DNA from: Camelus ferus
Taxonomy: Eukaryota
NCBI RefSeq assembly: GCF_009834535.1
Contig: NC_045709.1
Span: 26,970,001-27,034,000 of the forward strand
DNA length: 64,000 bases
Direction: 5' to 3'
In this document: positions 1-11,736 of the stretch, piece by piece
Layout of the letters: every line of letters begins with the position of its first letter
How positions within the stretch are numbered: position 1 is the first letter of the stretch
Notes under the pieces: model-generated
What the model was told of the DNA's origin: nothing
Database searches by the model: none
What the model saw: only the letters and a program-made list of their open reading frames with translations
Program-made: the position numbers and the translations under genes

Positions 1-949
1 CCCTATTAAGAAGTAGCTTTATCTCCACTTCATCTCATGCCCTGTTTCTCTGAGCGACATTCCGGTTCCAGAAGTCCTCCCAGGCCACTCTGGTACTGGC
101 TTGACATCTTAGTAATAAAGTGGAGATAAACACAGTAACTTAACAATGGAAGCGACCGGCTAGTCACTGTTTGATCTATGGCGCTTCCATGGAGAAGGTC
201 CCAGTGAGACAGTGGGCTGTGGGAGATGTGTATGCACCTTCTCGGGGTTTCTGGAGCGCTCTTTCCTTCTTTGCGGGCTGGGACCAGCGACTCCTTCCTG
301 TCAGACATCATGAGCGACTATGCCTAGTCCTAGATTTTTACTGAGAAAGATTTCTATCAGTTGTTTACGACACTGAATGCAGACAAACCTGACTGATAAC
401 AGAATTTTATTATGGGTCATTAACTGAATGTGCAAAAGATTCTGAAGCAACGCCTCCTCTCAGAACCTAGGAAAGCCATGCATTTAAAAAATTCAAAGTA
501 TTACCTGTACTGCAGGTGTGAAGAGAGGCTGCAGATCTGCCTCACATTCCCTGAGTAATGAGCCCTGGAGCACGAACGGCTTTCAGAACAGACTGCTCGG
601 GAGAACAGAACGTTACAGTGTGATGCAGCCCTGCTGATTTTTCCATCGGAACTTTCCAGCCCCGACTTCGGAAAGAAAAACGTCCTCTGAGCCTGTGCGA
701 CCCAAGGTGCCCTCACTCACTCTTCCCCTAACAGTGGCTGGCGTGTTAGCTGTGAAGGAGGGAGTTCTGGGATTTCCCACTACGTCTCCATTATTCCTCG
801 CTTTATTCTATGAAGCAGCGTTCCTTGCTAGTTGTCAAGCGGAAGACGCAGGCATTACAACTCGCCATCCTTGCTCGTGAGAAGTCAAACTGAAAAGAAA
901 CTAGACTATTTTTTCCCTATGTCTGAAAAGGCATTTGAAATTTTTTAGT

Positions 950-1135
950 CATTTATTTAACATTTTTTAATGAGCATCTTTTACTATAACGAGACATTTA
1001 GTATTCCAGCCTGGAAGAGTTCAGGAGAGAGCAAGGGAGGACCTCACTCTCACGGAGGTTTCACTATATTTGTGACAGAAGATAAGCAAGAAAGCAAAGA
1101 ACTGTCCTGACATACCAAGTACCACGAAGAAGCAA
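950..1135 (-). mobile_element. L2 LINE 3' fragment
   Basis: Degenerate reverse-complement L2 3'-end pattern (catttatttaac...gagcatc...). Confidence 0.5.
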
Positions 1136-1266
1136 GTCCAGCTCAGGCGACAGAGAGACTGAGTAACTGACCTCTGACCTTGGTATCGACTTTGAAACAA
1201 TTGCTATTTACTTGAATAATACTTGGTGCTTGCCATTAAAATTTTAGTCTGTACTATGGGTGGAAG

Positions 1267-1611
1267 TTTTCTTTTTTTAAAAATTGAAGTATAGTCAGCT
1301 ATAATGTATCCATTTCTGGTGTACAGCACAATGTCCCAGTCATGAATACACATATACACATACACACATATATTCATTTTCATATTCTTCTTATTAAAGG
1401 TTACTATAAGATATTGAATTTAGTTCCCTGTGCTATACGGAAGAAATTTGTTTTTTAATTTATTTTTATATGTAGTGGTTAACATTTGCAAATCTCAAAC
1501 TCCCCAATTTTTCCCTTCCCACCCCCTTTCCCTGGTGGTATTTCCATGGTATTGTTCACTATGTCTGAGAGTCCGTTTCTTTTGTATATAAGTTCATTAG
1601 TGTCCTCTTTT
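1267..1611 (-). mobile_element. L1 3'UTR fragment, young camelid-type, 5'-truncated
   Basis: Poly(T) followed by aaattgaagtatagtcag...gttccctgtgctatac, the reverse complement of the cetartiodactyl L1 3' end. Confidence 0.85.
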
Positions 1612-1749
1612 GTAAAGGCATTTAAAGATTAGCTAGAATAATTCAATTCTCAGTTCCTCGGCCATATGTAATTGGGATAATTTCATAGCTAATTATTCAT
1701 AGAATAAAATAATTTAAATTAATGTGATAAAAGTTGATGTAGTCTGTTT

Positions 1750-2093
1750 TGAACTGTTAGATTTTTTTTTGAAATCAGAAGACAAGCCTATTTTTTTAAA
1801 TTGAAGTATAGTGATTTACAATGGTATGTTAGAAGTGATTCAATTATACACACATATATATGTATATATTCTTTTCCACGTTCTTTTTCATTATGGGTTA
1901 TTACAAGATATTGAATATGGTTCTCTGTGCTGTACAGTAGGATCTTGTTGTTTATCTATTTTATATATAGTAGTTTGTATCTGCAAATCCCAAACTCCTA
2001 ATTTATCCCCCCTCCACCTTCCCCTGTGGTACCATAAGTTTGTTCTCTATGTCTGTGAGTCTCTATCTGTTTTGTAAATAATGAACTGTTAGA
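1750..2093 (-). mobile_element. L1 3'UTR fragment with TSD tgaactgttaga
   Basis: L1 3' end at 1791-2081; the 12-bp direct repeat tgaactgttaga occurs at 1750-1761 and 2082-2093. Confidence 0.85.
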
Positions 2094-4899
2094 ATTTTTA
2101 TCAGAAATATAGGATAAATTAAGAATTTATTAAAACAAGCCTTAGCAACCAGGCTGTCTTTGCCTTATTTGATCTGCCATTTGGAAGGACCCGCATTCCT
2201 GTACCACCGAACCCTAATCACGTTTGTGGAATAGAATGAGAAGGTGCTGAGAAGCACCGGGGTGTGGCCTCACTGAGTGTCAAATGTGGAGATTACGGTG
2301 AGCTCACCGAGAAGAGACCAGAGAAGCACCCACAGACTTTCTTAGGACACTGTCTCTGAGGAGTTCCAGCATCACAGTTCCTTCAGTCTTACATCTTATG
2401 AAGTTGAGGAACTCACCTTGTGGACAATAGGAAGCCCCTCTTAATCTCCCCTTTATTCCTCGCTTACTAATAGAGGAAAAGAAGACAAAGGAAAAGCAGC
2501 CGTATGGTATTTAAGCTTCGGCCCACTCCAGTTTTTGTAGGAAGGCAAAATTCATGACAAAATCAAATATTTGGCTCAATTAAATATTTAGATTGCTGTC
2601 ACTCAAGCCTTTTCCTCTGGGACTAGAGGCAAGTCTTACCAGCAACGTCAATAAAGACAACCGTGCTGTGAAGGGTGACCCTGAAAACAGCAGACGGGCT
2701 CTCCCTGCAAACAAGGGGCACGTCCAGATGTTTAAAAGAGTAAAACACGGTGGAATCATCTTCAGATCAAGGCCTTTCCCCTTACTGACTGCAACTGAGC
2801 AAACTGTTCTGCCCGCCTGAATCTCAGGCAGTTCACCTCTTCCGTAGACAGAACTCCGACTTCGCAGGGTAGCGTAAAGCACGTGGAAGCCCTGGAACTT
2901 AGCAGGTACTCAGCAGACCGGCCGTAGTATCACGCAGGTCCAAGCGGAGGAGCCAAATGCTTGCAGGTGCATTTTCTCCAAAACTTCCGTTGCCATCTCC
3001 TCACCGCCTTTATTTGCTAGTCTCTAAATTCTCCCATACGCAGTATACTCCCTACCACTATTAAACTCAATAGTAAAGTTTAGAAAAAGTGCAATAAATG
3101 AACAGTTTCTGTGACGGTGGTAACGGCCACAGGTCTAGCCATGGTCACATTCCCAGGGGGCTCCTTATCTCTTCTCCCAAACTCTGGTCTAAACCCTGGG
3201 GAGCTGTTCAACAGGCATTCCATTAAGCTCTAATGTTCAAATAATTCCTGTTGTGTGAGCCCAACGCTCATGGCAATCTTGTGTAACACGTTTGTTTTGT
3301 GATTTAATCCCATTATGCCTAATGCAGCTCATGTGTTATCAGAGCCTTTCCGTACTTAATAATGATTATTTGGTCCACGGATGTTATTTTAAAATCCAAG
3401 AGGCATAACCGTTATGCATGACTTAAAAGCAGAATCACTGCATGAGTAAGAAAACAGTTAGGGGTATTTGGAACTTCCGGGTGCTAAGCCCCCTTGCAGA
3501 ACAGATACAGTCAAGTGTTTTCTTTTGATGTGAGGTTTACCGGCCTCCTGTCCGTGGACCCACTGAGTCTGAGACTTAGTGGTGGGAGCCTTCAGTGTGC
3601 TGGGAAGAGTGGGAGGTGCAGTTTGCACGGGTCACCTGTGCTGTCTTCCGGGCACGGGGTTGGACGGGGATGGAAGGAGACAGACAGCGGGCGGAGTGGC
3701 GGACAACGTGAAGCGACGCTTTGGGAAGCGCTTGAGTCTGCGCGTCAGGGCTGCGCGCCAGGGGCAGGGGCAGGAAAGCATCGACTTGCTCAAAAACAAG
3801 GCAAGGTGTGCCATCCTCTTGGCTAGACCAGACCTAGTCGTCACTGCGCAGTCCTTCTGGCAGAGTCTCCTCTGGGAACCGCGCCCCGAGCTGCGGAGCC
3901 ACCACGCGCTGCGGCGCGGGGCGCTGGCCGCACCATCCTCGTTTTTAGGATCCGTTAGTTGTTCCGTGATACAACCCAATTCCCCTCGGACACTTCAACT
4001 GCTGTTTAACTGAAGCTTGGGCACATTTTCCTGGTGGTAAAAACATCCTCGTGTTCTGAAGTCCTCTCGGCGCCGCGGAGGCTGCGTGGGGAGAGGCAGG
4101 CGTGGCACAGCGTGTCTGCCGGTGCGCGTGCGAGGCTTCCTCCGACGTGTAAGCGATGGTAGCTGGCAGTCTGGTACTCATCGGTGGATTTTCAGATGCT
4201 TTCCTGTGAGTGTGCGGTATGTAAGGTTCAGCTGCGTCAGCGAGGCAGCCAGCGGGCCAGCGCGTGGCACCAAACCCAAACCTCAGAGGATGTCCTCGTG
4301 CTCTCTTGAGGATGCGGTGCTTCATTCTATCAGTGGGTCGAGTCAGCTTCTTCAGCTGCAGCATGGATTGAACAGTTGGCTGATTACCAGGGCTGGACTG
4401 ATGACCACCCGAATGATGGAGCCAAAAGTTCTCCTTTAGGGGATGACGGCTTTGACCACATCCTTCAGCCACAATCACAGGGACGGTGCTAGAGTCCTCA
4501 GACCAGCCAGGGTCTGGTTTCCCCGGCTGGTTCTCCCTACAGGTCGTCCCTCCTTACAGGGCACATCCCCCTCTTCCCCACGTCGGACGCAGTCTCACTG
4601 CGCCTCAGCTCCGTCCGGACCCAGACCAGGGAGGGGAGCGACGTGTCGGGAGTGAGACTTCAGGAGGCAGACCGCCCTCTCTGGTGTGGAGCCTGGACCT
4701 TCCGGCCTGGGGCCCCTCTCCCTCACCCTAGTCTCGGCCCTACCCCAGGGCCAACCAGACCTCAGGTCCCTAACAACTCTTGGTCTGCTTCTGACCCAGC
4801 CAAGCATCTGGCCACGACTTCCCACCACATGCGTGACAGCCAGGGTTGTGTTTGTTGCTGGTTCTGTCCTAAACACCCACTTCTCCTAGAATCATCCCA

Positions 4900-5045
4900 T
4901 TTTTTCATACTTAATGCTCACAGCAAGCACGAAGTGGCCCTTACCGTCCTGGATACTCAGATGAGGGTGAGAAAGTTGCTTCAAGCCTCACTGCTGACAG
5001 TAGGCGACCTGAGTCTTGAATCGGGCATGAGCTCAGCCTGCTGGT
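4900..5045 (-). mobile_element. MIR fragment
   Basis: cagatgagggtgagaaagttgcttcaagcctcac...gagtcttgaatc resembles the MIR core in reverse. Confidence 0.5.
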
Positions 5046-5269
5046 GTCTTGGTTCTGACGACTGGCTCTCAGGGACAGAGCCTCCCCCTGTCACTCTGTC
5101 CCCACGCCCATTCCTGGGCCTGAGCACCGACGCCGCCTGTGAGCTCACTGGCACTGAACCCCGCTCTCCGACACGCGGTTCTGTCTTCAGCCGCCTGCTG
5201 GAGCCTCCGACATCCTAACTCTTGGTGGTGGCCCAGGCAGGGGTCTCCGGGCCCCTGGTCTCACCACTC

Positions 5270-5345
5270 AGTGACTCGTGACTTGGGCGAGCTACTTAAC
5301 TACCCCGAGCCTTGCTTTCCTCACGTGTACAGTGGAAAGCCTGCA
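5270..5345 (+). mobile_element. MIR fragment
   Basis: gtgacttgggcgagctacttaactaccccgagccttgctttcctcacgtgta matches the MIR core. Confidence 0.65.
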
Positions 5346-5855
5346 AGTGCGAGCCTCAGAGGCTGCGGGACAGCTCGGTGGGGCGTGACCCGCAAGTGCC
5401 CTCGGGGGACACCTGGGCCGCATTCAGCCAGCCCCAGGCAGCACTGTGGTGCTTTCTAACGTCGGCGCTTCGCCCCCCTTGGAGAAAGCCCGCGTGGACT
5501 TGCACTATGCTGGCTGCCGCAGCCTGCTGTCTGCAGGGCCACACCCTCTGGACCACAGGTCCCTGGCACACAGAGCGGGGTGTGTATCCAGGCTCCTCCT
5601 AAACTCCTTAAGCCTTGACTCAGTGGGCAGGCTGCCTTCCCTGGGGGCTGGCGGATGTACAGGACAAGAGACTGCTGAGCGGAAGACGGCCTGAGATACG
5701 CCATCGTATACAGTGACCTGGCCACAGTGTCACAGCCATGAGCCAGCGCTGCATTAGCCTCAGATCCCCTTCCAGTAGGAGCCTGCAGTGTTCTGTCCAC
5801 CCCCAAGGCTGAGAAGCACAGCCGCCCTTGGTGAAAGACTCTCTATTGGCCCTAG

Positions 5856-6228
5856 AGTTAGTGCAAAGCCTGGATTTTTGGCTTGAGAGAGAGAGAGAGA
5901 AAGAAATTTATTTGACAAAATTGTCTCACGTGACTACCGGGCTGGCAAATCTGGACTGCAAGGTGGACTGCAAGCTCGAGCCCCAGGGAAGAGCTGACGG
6001 TGCTGTTCAAGTCTGAGGGCCACCTGCAAGCAGAAGACCCTCTTTTTAAGGCTTTCAACTAATTGGGTGAGGCCCACCCACTTTCCGGAGGGCAACCAGC
6101 TTTACTCAAAGTCTGCTGCCTTACAGTTAATCTCGTGTTCAAAGTAATTTCACAACATCCAGATGTCTTTGGCCAAGTATCTGGGTACCACAGCTCAGCC
6201 AAGCTGACAGGTGAAATTAACCATCACA
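5856..6228 (-). mobile_element. MLT2 (ERVL) LTR
   Basis: Hallmarks: (GA)n, gaggcccaccca, ctttactcaaagtctgctg, terminal aaattaaccatcaca. Confidence 0.85.
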
Positions 6229-6491
6229 CTGGGCCTTCGAAATGGCCTGGACGTCACACACACTTTCACTCTTCACCGGGACCGCTCTGCCCTCATATTC
6301 CTGCCGTGAGTTATTTCAGGCCAGAATCTCTTTGTCCAGTCTTATGCGATTAAGAAAGTATCCTCTTTGAGTGAACATGGGGCTTTTCAAACGCACAGAT
6401 GGCGTACCCCTGAAAACAGCAGACGCATCTTTGTAGAGTATCCTCCAGACACGGGTGAGTTCTTCTGCGACTCTTACCAGCAGCAGAGTCT

Positions 6492-6550
6492 CTCACACAC
6501 ACATACACACACACACACACAGACACACAGACACACACACACACACACAC
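6492..6550. repeat. Interrupted (CA)n microsatellite
   Basis: Directly visible CA run with a few G/T interruptions. Confidence 0.95.
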
Positions 6551-8499
6551 AGAGGCTGCCTCTCGTGTTTCAAACACAGATGTTCTAATGAGGAAACTTC
6601 GTCTTGATGGGGAAGTGAGTGGAATTTTCGAGTTAAACCCACGGAGAGAAAGGACACTCCACTATTATTGATTTGCTGATTGTGGAAACTCAAAACACAG
6701 CGTTTTGTAGGGGACTGACATTCTGCATTTTCCTGCACGTCTGCAAGAGACCGCCAGCCTGTTAATAGCATAGTGAGTTATTATGATAGAAGGGAACACG
6801 CTGGTGCCTGTGATACGCTGCTGGGATTTTATGGGTGTTGGAAGGAACAGAACTAGGATGCTTTAACACTGCAGTTCGTACACGCAGCACATACTGTGAT
6901 TGTTTGGGAAACTGCCTTGTTGTACTTTTACGGGAAAGACATACATGACCAAACATTACTTTTTTATGCCAAAAGGTAGTAAAAGGGCACAGAGGCCGAG
7001 CGCTCTGCGCGAGCGGGGACTGCGGCTCCTGGACCCGCTTGTTACAGCTTCTGAGCGCTTGGTTGTCCCTCGTGGGACTCGCAGCTGTTTTGAAAGAACG
7101 TGGATGTGGGAGTCGGCGCTCGCTGCAAATGCAGACTTCAGCTCTGAAGTCAAAAGCTTTCTGTCAGGCCTGAGTGAGAGGAAAACGTAAATGGGTTGAA
7201 ATTTTGCTGAATGAGACCTGTGACCCCGGGAAGCCGGGTGCTTCTCTGTGAAGCCCGGCGTTGCTTCCTCAAGGCTGCTGTCCTGGGAGCTGGGTCGGCG
7301 GTCTCCCGTCCAGCGCCTCTAGCCCTGACCTGGCTCTGGAGCTCTCTGCGTGTGGTGGTTGTGACGGCCCCCGTTCCACACCATCCGGGGCTCTCTCTGG
7401 AGTGGCACCTCCCCAGCTCCCGGGCTCCATCCTGGGGCTCCATGTCCAGCCTCATGCTCACAGGCACATCTCTCCCTCAGGGTCCTCTCAGGATCCCTTG
7501 CCTCTCAAGTCTTCATGTCAGATGTTCCCTTGCTCTTTGCCTGCAAGACCCTCATTCTTTTATCACTTTGGACCATCTTCTGCAACTTTACTCTGGCATT
7601 TGTACGGCTTCTCTTCCTCAACAGCCATCTTGTCCACTAAACACCGTGGAGTTGGATGCTGTACGAACATTGGCACGCATTACCTCAGGACCGGACTGAT
7701 CTCCGAGTCCTCAAGTCCCTCAAACCGTCGGCAGCCAAGCGGACAGCATCGCCCTCTCCTCCCGTGGCCGATGCCAGCAGCCCCTTGAGGGCGCGCCCGA
7801 ATTAGAGAGCACAGAGTGTCCCTGCGAAGGGCAGCACGTGTGTCCCTTGTGGTGGTGTGGGGCACACACCTGGGCCGACTCATGTTTGGAGAATTTGGAA
7901 ATAGGATGTTTTATAGCAACACTGATACCAAAGTCATTTCGATTCCCCCTGTGTGATGGCCCTTTTTTTTTGCTATGTGGGTGATGTCAGTGGGTGCTAG
8001 GGATCAGTTAACATCCTCTCTTTAGGAGAAACAGGTATTTCTGAGGTCCAGGGTGTCAGATCTCAGCTCAGGGGGGAAGGAGCTGAAACGTAGGCTGGAG
8101 GAGTGCGTGACCCTCCCTTTCTCAGTCTGTGTGGACGAAGAGAGGAGGCGGGTGCTGTGTGAGCTGCAGCGCGCTTCTAATCAGTTGAAATGGAATACAG
8201 GCCAGGGCTGGGAGGAGCCCTGCCGGTGCTTTGACTCTGATTAACTTAGTGCCTGATGCCTGAAAGTCCGCTGTCAGCCCGAGTCTCTTTGCTTCAAGGC
8301 TTCTCTGGTTGCTGGCGCTTCCTCTGCCCGTCATAGGTCAGAAGTACTGAGGCGCCTCAGCCCCTGGCTCTGCCCTAAACCAGGGATGGTCAAGGACTCT
8401 TTGGAAACGAGTGTCTGGCTGGGAGGGGTCTGCTGAGTTCTTAGAACCCCTGGCGTCTCTTCTGCAAATCCTCCTCTAAAATAGCCTTTTCCGAGCAGG

Positions 8500-9450
8500 C
8501 GTTTCCCCTTGGCTCCCCCGGCCGCTCTCCTCCAGGGAGGACCTTCGGCCCGCGTGCCAAGGCCTCACACCATTTCCAGACACAGAATGGCCCAGGTACT
8601 TACCATTCAGTCCAGCAGCCTCACGTCCAATGACTCAGCTTTTTCCAAGCTCAGCGGGATGCTCAGGCCGGTTATCCTGGTTCCCTCTCACCGCCCCGGC
8701 GCGGTGGCCGACGGCCCTCCCCGCCGCGCGCGGGGCAGGTCCCCGAGGACCCGCACTCCTCACCTCGGCCCCGCCGTCAGCTCCACGTCAGAGCACCCCC
8801 CCCCCCCCCGCGCGCTGGGGGCCTGGACGCTCTGGCCGCTCAGCCTCGGCCTCGGGCGGCCGTGGAGGGGGAAGCGCGGCCGGGGCCCCCGCGTCCTCGC
8901 GCAGGGCGGGGCGGCCCCCACCACCACCACGTCCCGGGGGTCAGCGTGCGTGGCCGGGAGCGCTTGCAGGCGCTGCGCCCGATGTTCCTGGCGGCTGTCG
9001 GTGAACATACCGACACTCCTTATAAAACAGATCCGGGGAAGAGAAAGAATAGACGCGGTGAAACCCGGGCGGCGCCGAAAGGCTCAGGACGTAGTCCAGG
9101 GTTGCTGCAAACACCGTGAGGCAGGGTTTGCTTTTGCAGGTGGAAGATGTCTGCACTGCTCACCAAGAATGGACTCAAGCTCACCGCTTTCCACAGACGT
9201 CGCCCGGAAAAGGAGGCGCGGAGGGCCAGGCGCTCGCCCCCCTGGCCCGCACCTTTGGACTCACTCACTGGTTCCCACACAGCCAGGTGGGGCGCCTTCA
9301 CCGTTAGTTCACTGGAAGCCGTTTCATGAAACGGCTGCCGAGTTGGAGGCGGAGGCCATCAGCGCCAGATCCGTTTGGAATGACCCATGGAACGCGTCTT
9401 CCCGGTGACAGGGCCGTCGGTGAGAGAAGACGGGGTGGACGGAAGGTGGA
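8500..9450. promoter_or_regulatory. CpG-island promoter, probably bidirectional
   Basis: Dense CpG and very high GC. TATAAAA at 9021-9027, GC box GGGCGGGGCGG at 8904-8914, CRE-like CGTCA (8775-8779) and CCACGTCA (8783-8790), AP-1 TGACTCA (8631-8637). Strong donors on both strands: minus GAG|GTGAGG at 8764/8763 and ATG|GTAAGT at 8604/8603; plus TAG|GTGAGT at 9468/9469. Confidence 0.8.
8764..8996 (-). other. Candidate non-coding first exon of a leftward gene (identity unknown)
   Basis: CA initiator (8997/8996) lies ~28 nt downstream of minus-strand TATAAG, and the exon ends at consensus donor GAG|GTGAGG. No downstream coding exon recognised within the window. Confidence 0.4.
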
Positions 9451-9468
9451 CTAGAGCGGGTCTGGTAG
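9050..9468 (+). ncRNA. Candidate first exon of a rightward (divergent) lncRNA
   Basis: Starts ~30 nt after TATAAAA (9021) and ends at strong donor TAG|GTGAGT. Only a short unrecognised ORF (9147-9329). Confidence 0.35.
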
Positions 9469-10824
9469 GTGAGTTGTCAGGAAGAGCCTCTCGGGAGGCG
9501 AGTGCACACGAATGCTGCAGGGCGGGAAAGCCTGTGGCCCAGCCTGTGCCACGGCCGCTGCAGCGTTCAGGGTGCTGCCTCGAGTGGGCATCTCAGGGAG
9601 CGTCCGGCAGAGTGGAGTGAGAGCTGCCTGACAAACCCTGGGGCCAGTCATTCCCCCAAGTGGGCTGTTTTCTAAGTGGTTAAGTAAACCTTGCATGCTT
9701 TTCCCCCCAAGGGTATTTTGGCATTCAGGAAAGAGAGACTGTTGGAAATTTTAGACTCCAGTAGGAGACTGCACACAAACTCGGCTATTTGTTTTTCAAG
9801 AGAGAAACACAGATTTAAATCTTGTCTCCACTCAGCCATAAGATTCTGGGAGACTAACATACCCCTAGGCTCCGCAAACCCACTGAGTGCCGTGTCTTAG
9901 GCAGAGAATACATTTTGTTTGGGGAATGATGGGCAGAGGCCTTTGTGTTAAGAAGAAGCTCACATCGGAGTTCAGACGGGGTGTGACGAAGTGGGACAAC
10001 GTTTTCCAAAGTTTTATTCTGAATGTTTTCAAAACCCGCAGCAAGGTTGAAAGAGTTTCAGGCGACACCTGTACAGACGCCGCCTGGGTCCCGCCGCTAA
10101 CGTTAGCCCACGCTGGCTTTGTCATCTACCTACCTACCTGCCTGTCCATTCATCTGTCTGTCTAACCGTCCATCCATCTATCTCGTCTCCCATTAATTCA
10201 ATTTAGATTTTTAGTGCACTTCCCTCTTCATAAGTCAACATAAGTATCAGAAGAGTTCAGTATTTGTTGAGAAAAGCTGATTTTTCCTTTTATGTAAGAT
10301 TTACAGTCTTGAAATGCACACATTTTTAGTATACACATGCTGAGTTTTGATTGTGCAGTTTTGAAGTTTTCCAAATTAGCTGGAAAAGTGACATGTTCGA
10401 CCAGTTCAGAAGTCAGTCAGCCTCAGATGGGCTCCCCTCCCCCGGGCCAGAGGACCACCTTCCCTCTGTAAGGTGCTTTAAGTCTCGGTGAGGCTAGACT
10501 GGGTTCTTTCCAGCCTCCTCTCCAGCTCCTGGAGAGCTACTCACAGAGCCAGGAACCGTATCCCTTCAGACACAAAGGGTGCATTTCACCCTATAACACA
10601 GAAAAGTCCTCTACATCCATGATATTCATTACGAACTTTCTCCCTGAGTCAGATTTTGACCTCTCCAAGGAGATTACTTCATTACCCTGAAATACACAGA
10701 CCAAGATCACTGTCAATCATATGAATAATCACTGGGGAAAACTGCTTTCCTGTGAATGTTTGTTTTGTCCCTACCCGGGTGGGTAAGCTTTAGACTTATA
10801 AGTAAACCCAGAAGCTGGACGAAC

Positions 10825-11190
10825 TCCTGTTGAATTAGTTAGTTCAACAAATAGCTATTAGTGTCATCCATGTCCCAAGACTCTAACAGGTGCTGAAAAG
10901 TCAAGAAATAAGAAAGCTTCTCTGCCTCTCAAACTGAAGGGAGAGAAAGATAAGTAAAGAGGTTTCCTTAAAAATGGCCAAAGTGATTGATAAAAAAGAT
11001 TTAAATTCCAAGTGCTGCGGACATGAAGGGGGGAGCATCTCATTTGACTGGGCTGGTTGGAAATGATGACACAGAGATACTGAGGGCAGCTGGACTCAGA
11101 TCTTGAAGGATGGGGAGGAGTTTGCTGAAGAATGAAGAAGGTTGAAGGGCATTCCTGGAAAAGGAAGCAATAGAAGCCCAAAACAGAAGT
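10825..11190 (-). mobile_element. L2 LINE fragment
   Basis: gttcaacaaatagctattag... and gatcttgaaggatggggaggagtttg... typical of reverse L2. Confidence 0.55.
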
Positions 11191-11736
11191 AACAGTAGAT
11201 AGCGCGTTCTTGAGACCATGATGGAGACAGGAGAAAAGATGGTTTGGAACCAGATGGTCTGAAATTCTGCCTGTGGTCTGCTACCCAGGAGAGGGCTGTC
11301 ACCAAACTGCTCTGAGGTTTGGTTCCTTAAGTGGGAGTGGGATAATAATAGAGCCTCCCAGCGCTAGGGGGGTGGCGGGAGTAAGGGAATCCAGGCAAAA
11401 GGCGAGTGTGTGTTGGCGAGTGTCATCAAGGTCGGCGGCAGCCTACATGCTCAGCGGGCTGCAGGGCATTTGTCTGTAACGGTAGGTCAGAGCCGGATGG
11501 AGAAGCACCTTCTAGCTCAGCCTAAGGGGAGTGGAGACTCGGGGATAAGCCATGGGGAGGCAGCATTTTCTTAATCCATTGGAGGGTTTTAACTAATAGT
11601 CTCTGTGTTTTAAATAGTTAACACCATTTGCCACGTGAAAGATGGACCAGTAAGGGAGGAGACAAAAGGGAGAGAAAGCATTTGGGAAGCTCTCGCAAGT
11701 ATCTCTGTCAGAAAAGTACAAAACCCTCAGTTTCAG

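Noticed and set aside
6399-6454. Plus-strand 56-nt exon-like segment (cacag|...ACGG|gtgagt) with open frame WRTPENSRRIFVEYPPDT
   Set aside because: Peptide not recognised, acceptor tract weak, and it lies upstream of the plus TSS.
8347-8360. 14-bp perfect palindrome CTGAGGCGCCTCAG
   Set aside because: About 4 such palindromes are expected in 64 kb.
8631-8646. NFAT:AP-1 composite GGAAAAAGCTGAGTCA (minus strand)
   Set aside because: Spacing is 4 nt between GGAAA and TGAGTCA, one more than the canonical composite; kept only as an AP-1 site.
8509-9408. 299-aa plus-strand ORF across the CpG island
   Set aside because: Low-complexity Arg/Pro/Gly/Ala content typical of stop-poor GC-rich DNA; no recognisable domain.
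8500-9450. Naming the gene at the CpG island (several candidates with a long first intron and upstream desert considered)
   Set aside because: No coding exon in the window and no confident match to any 5'UTR I recall; BLAST is required.
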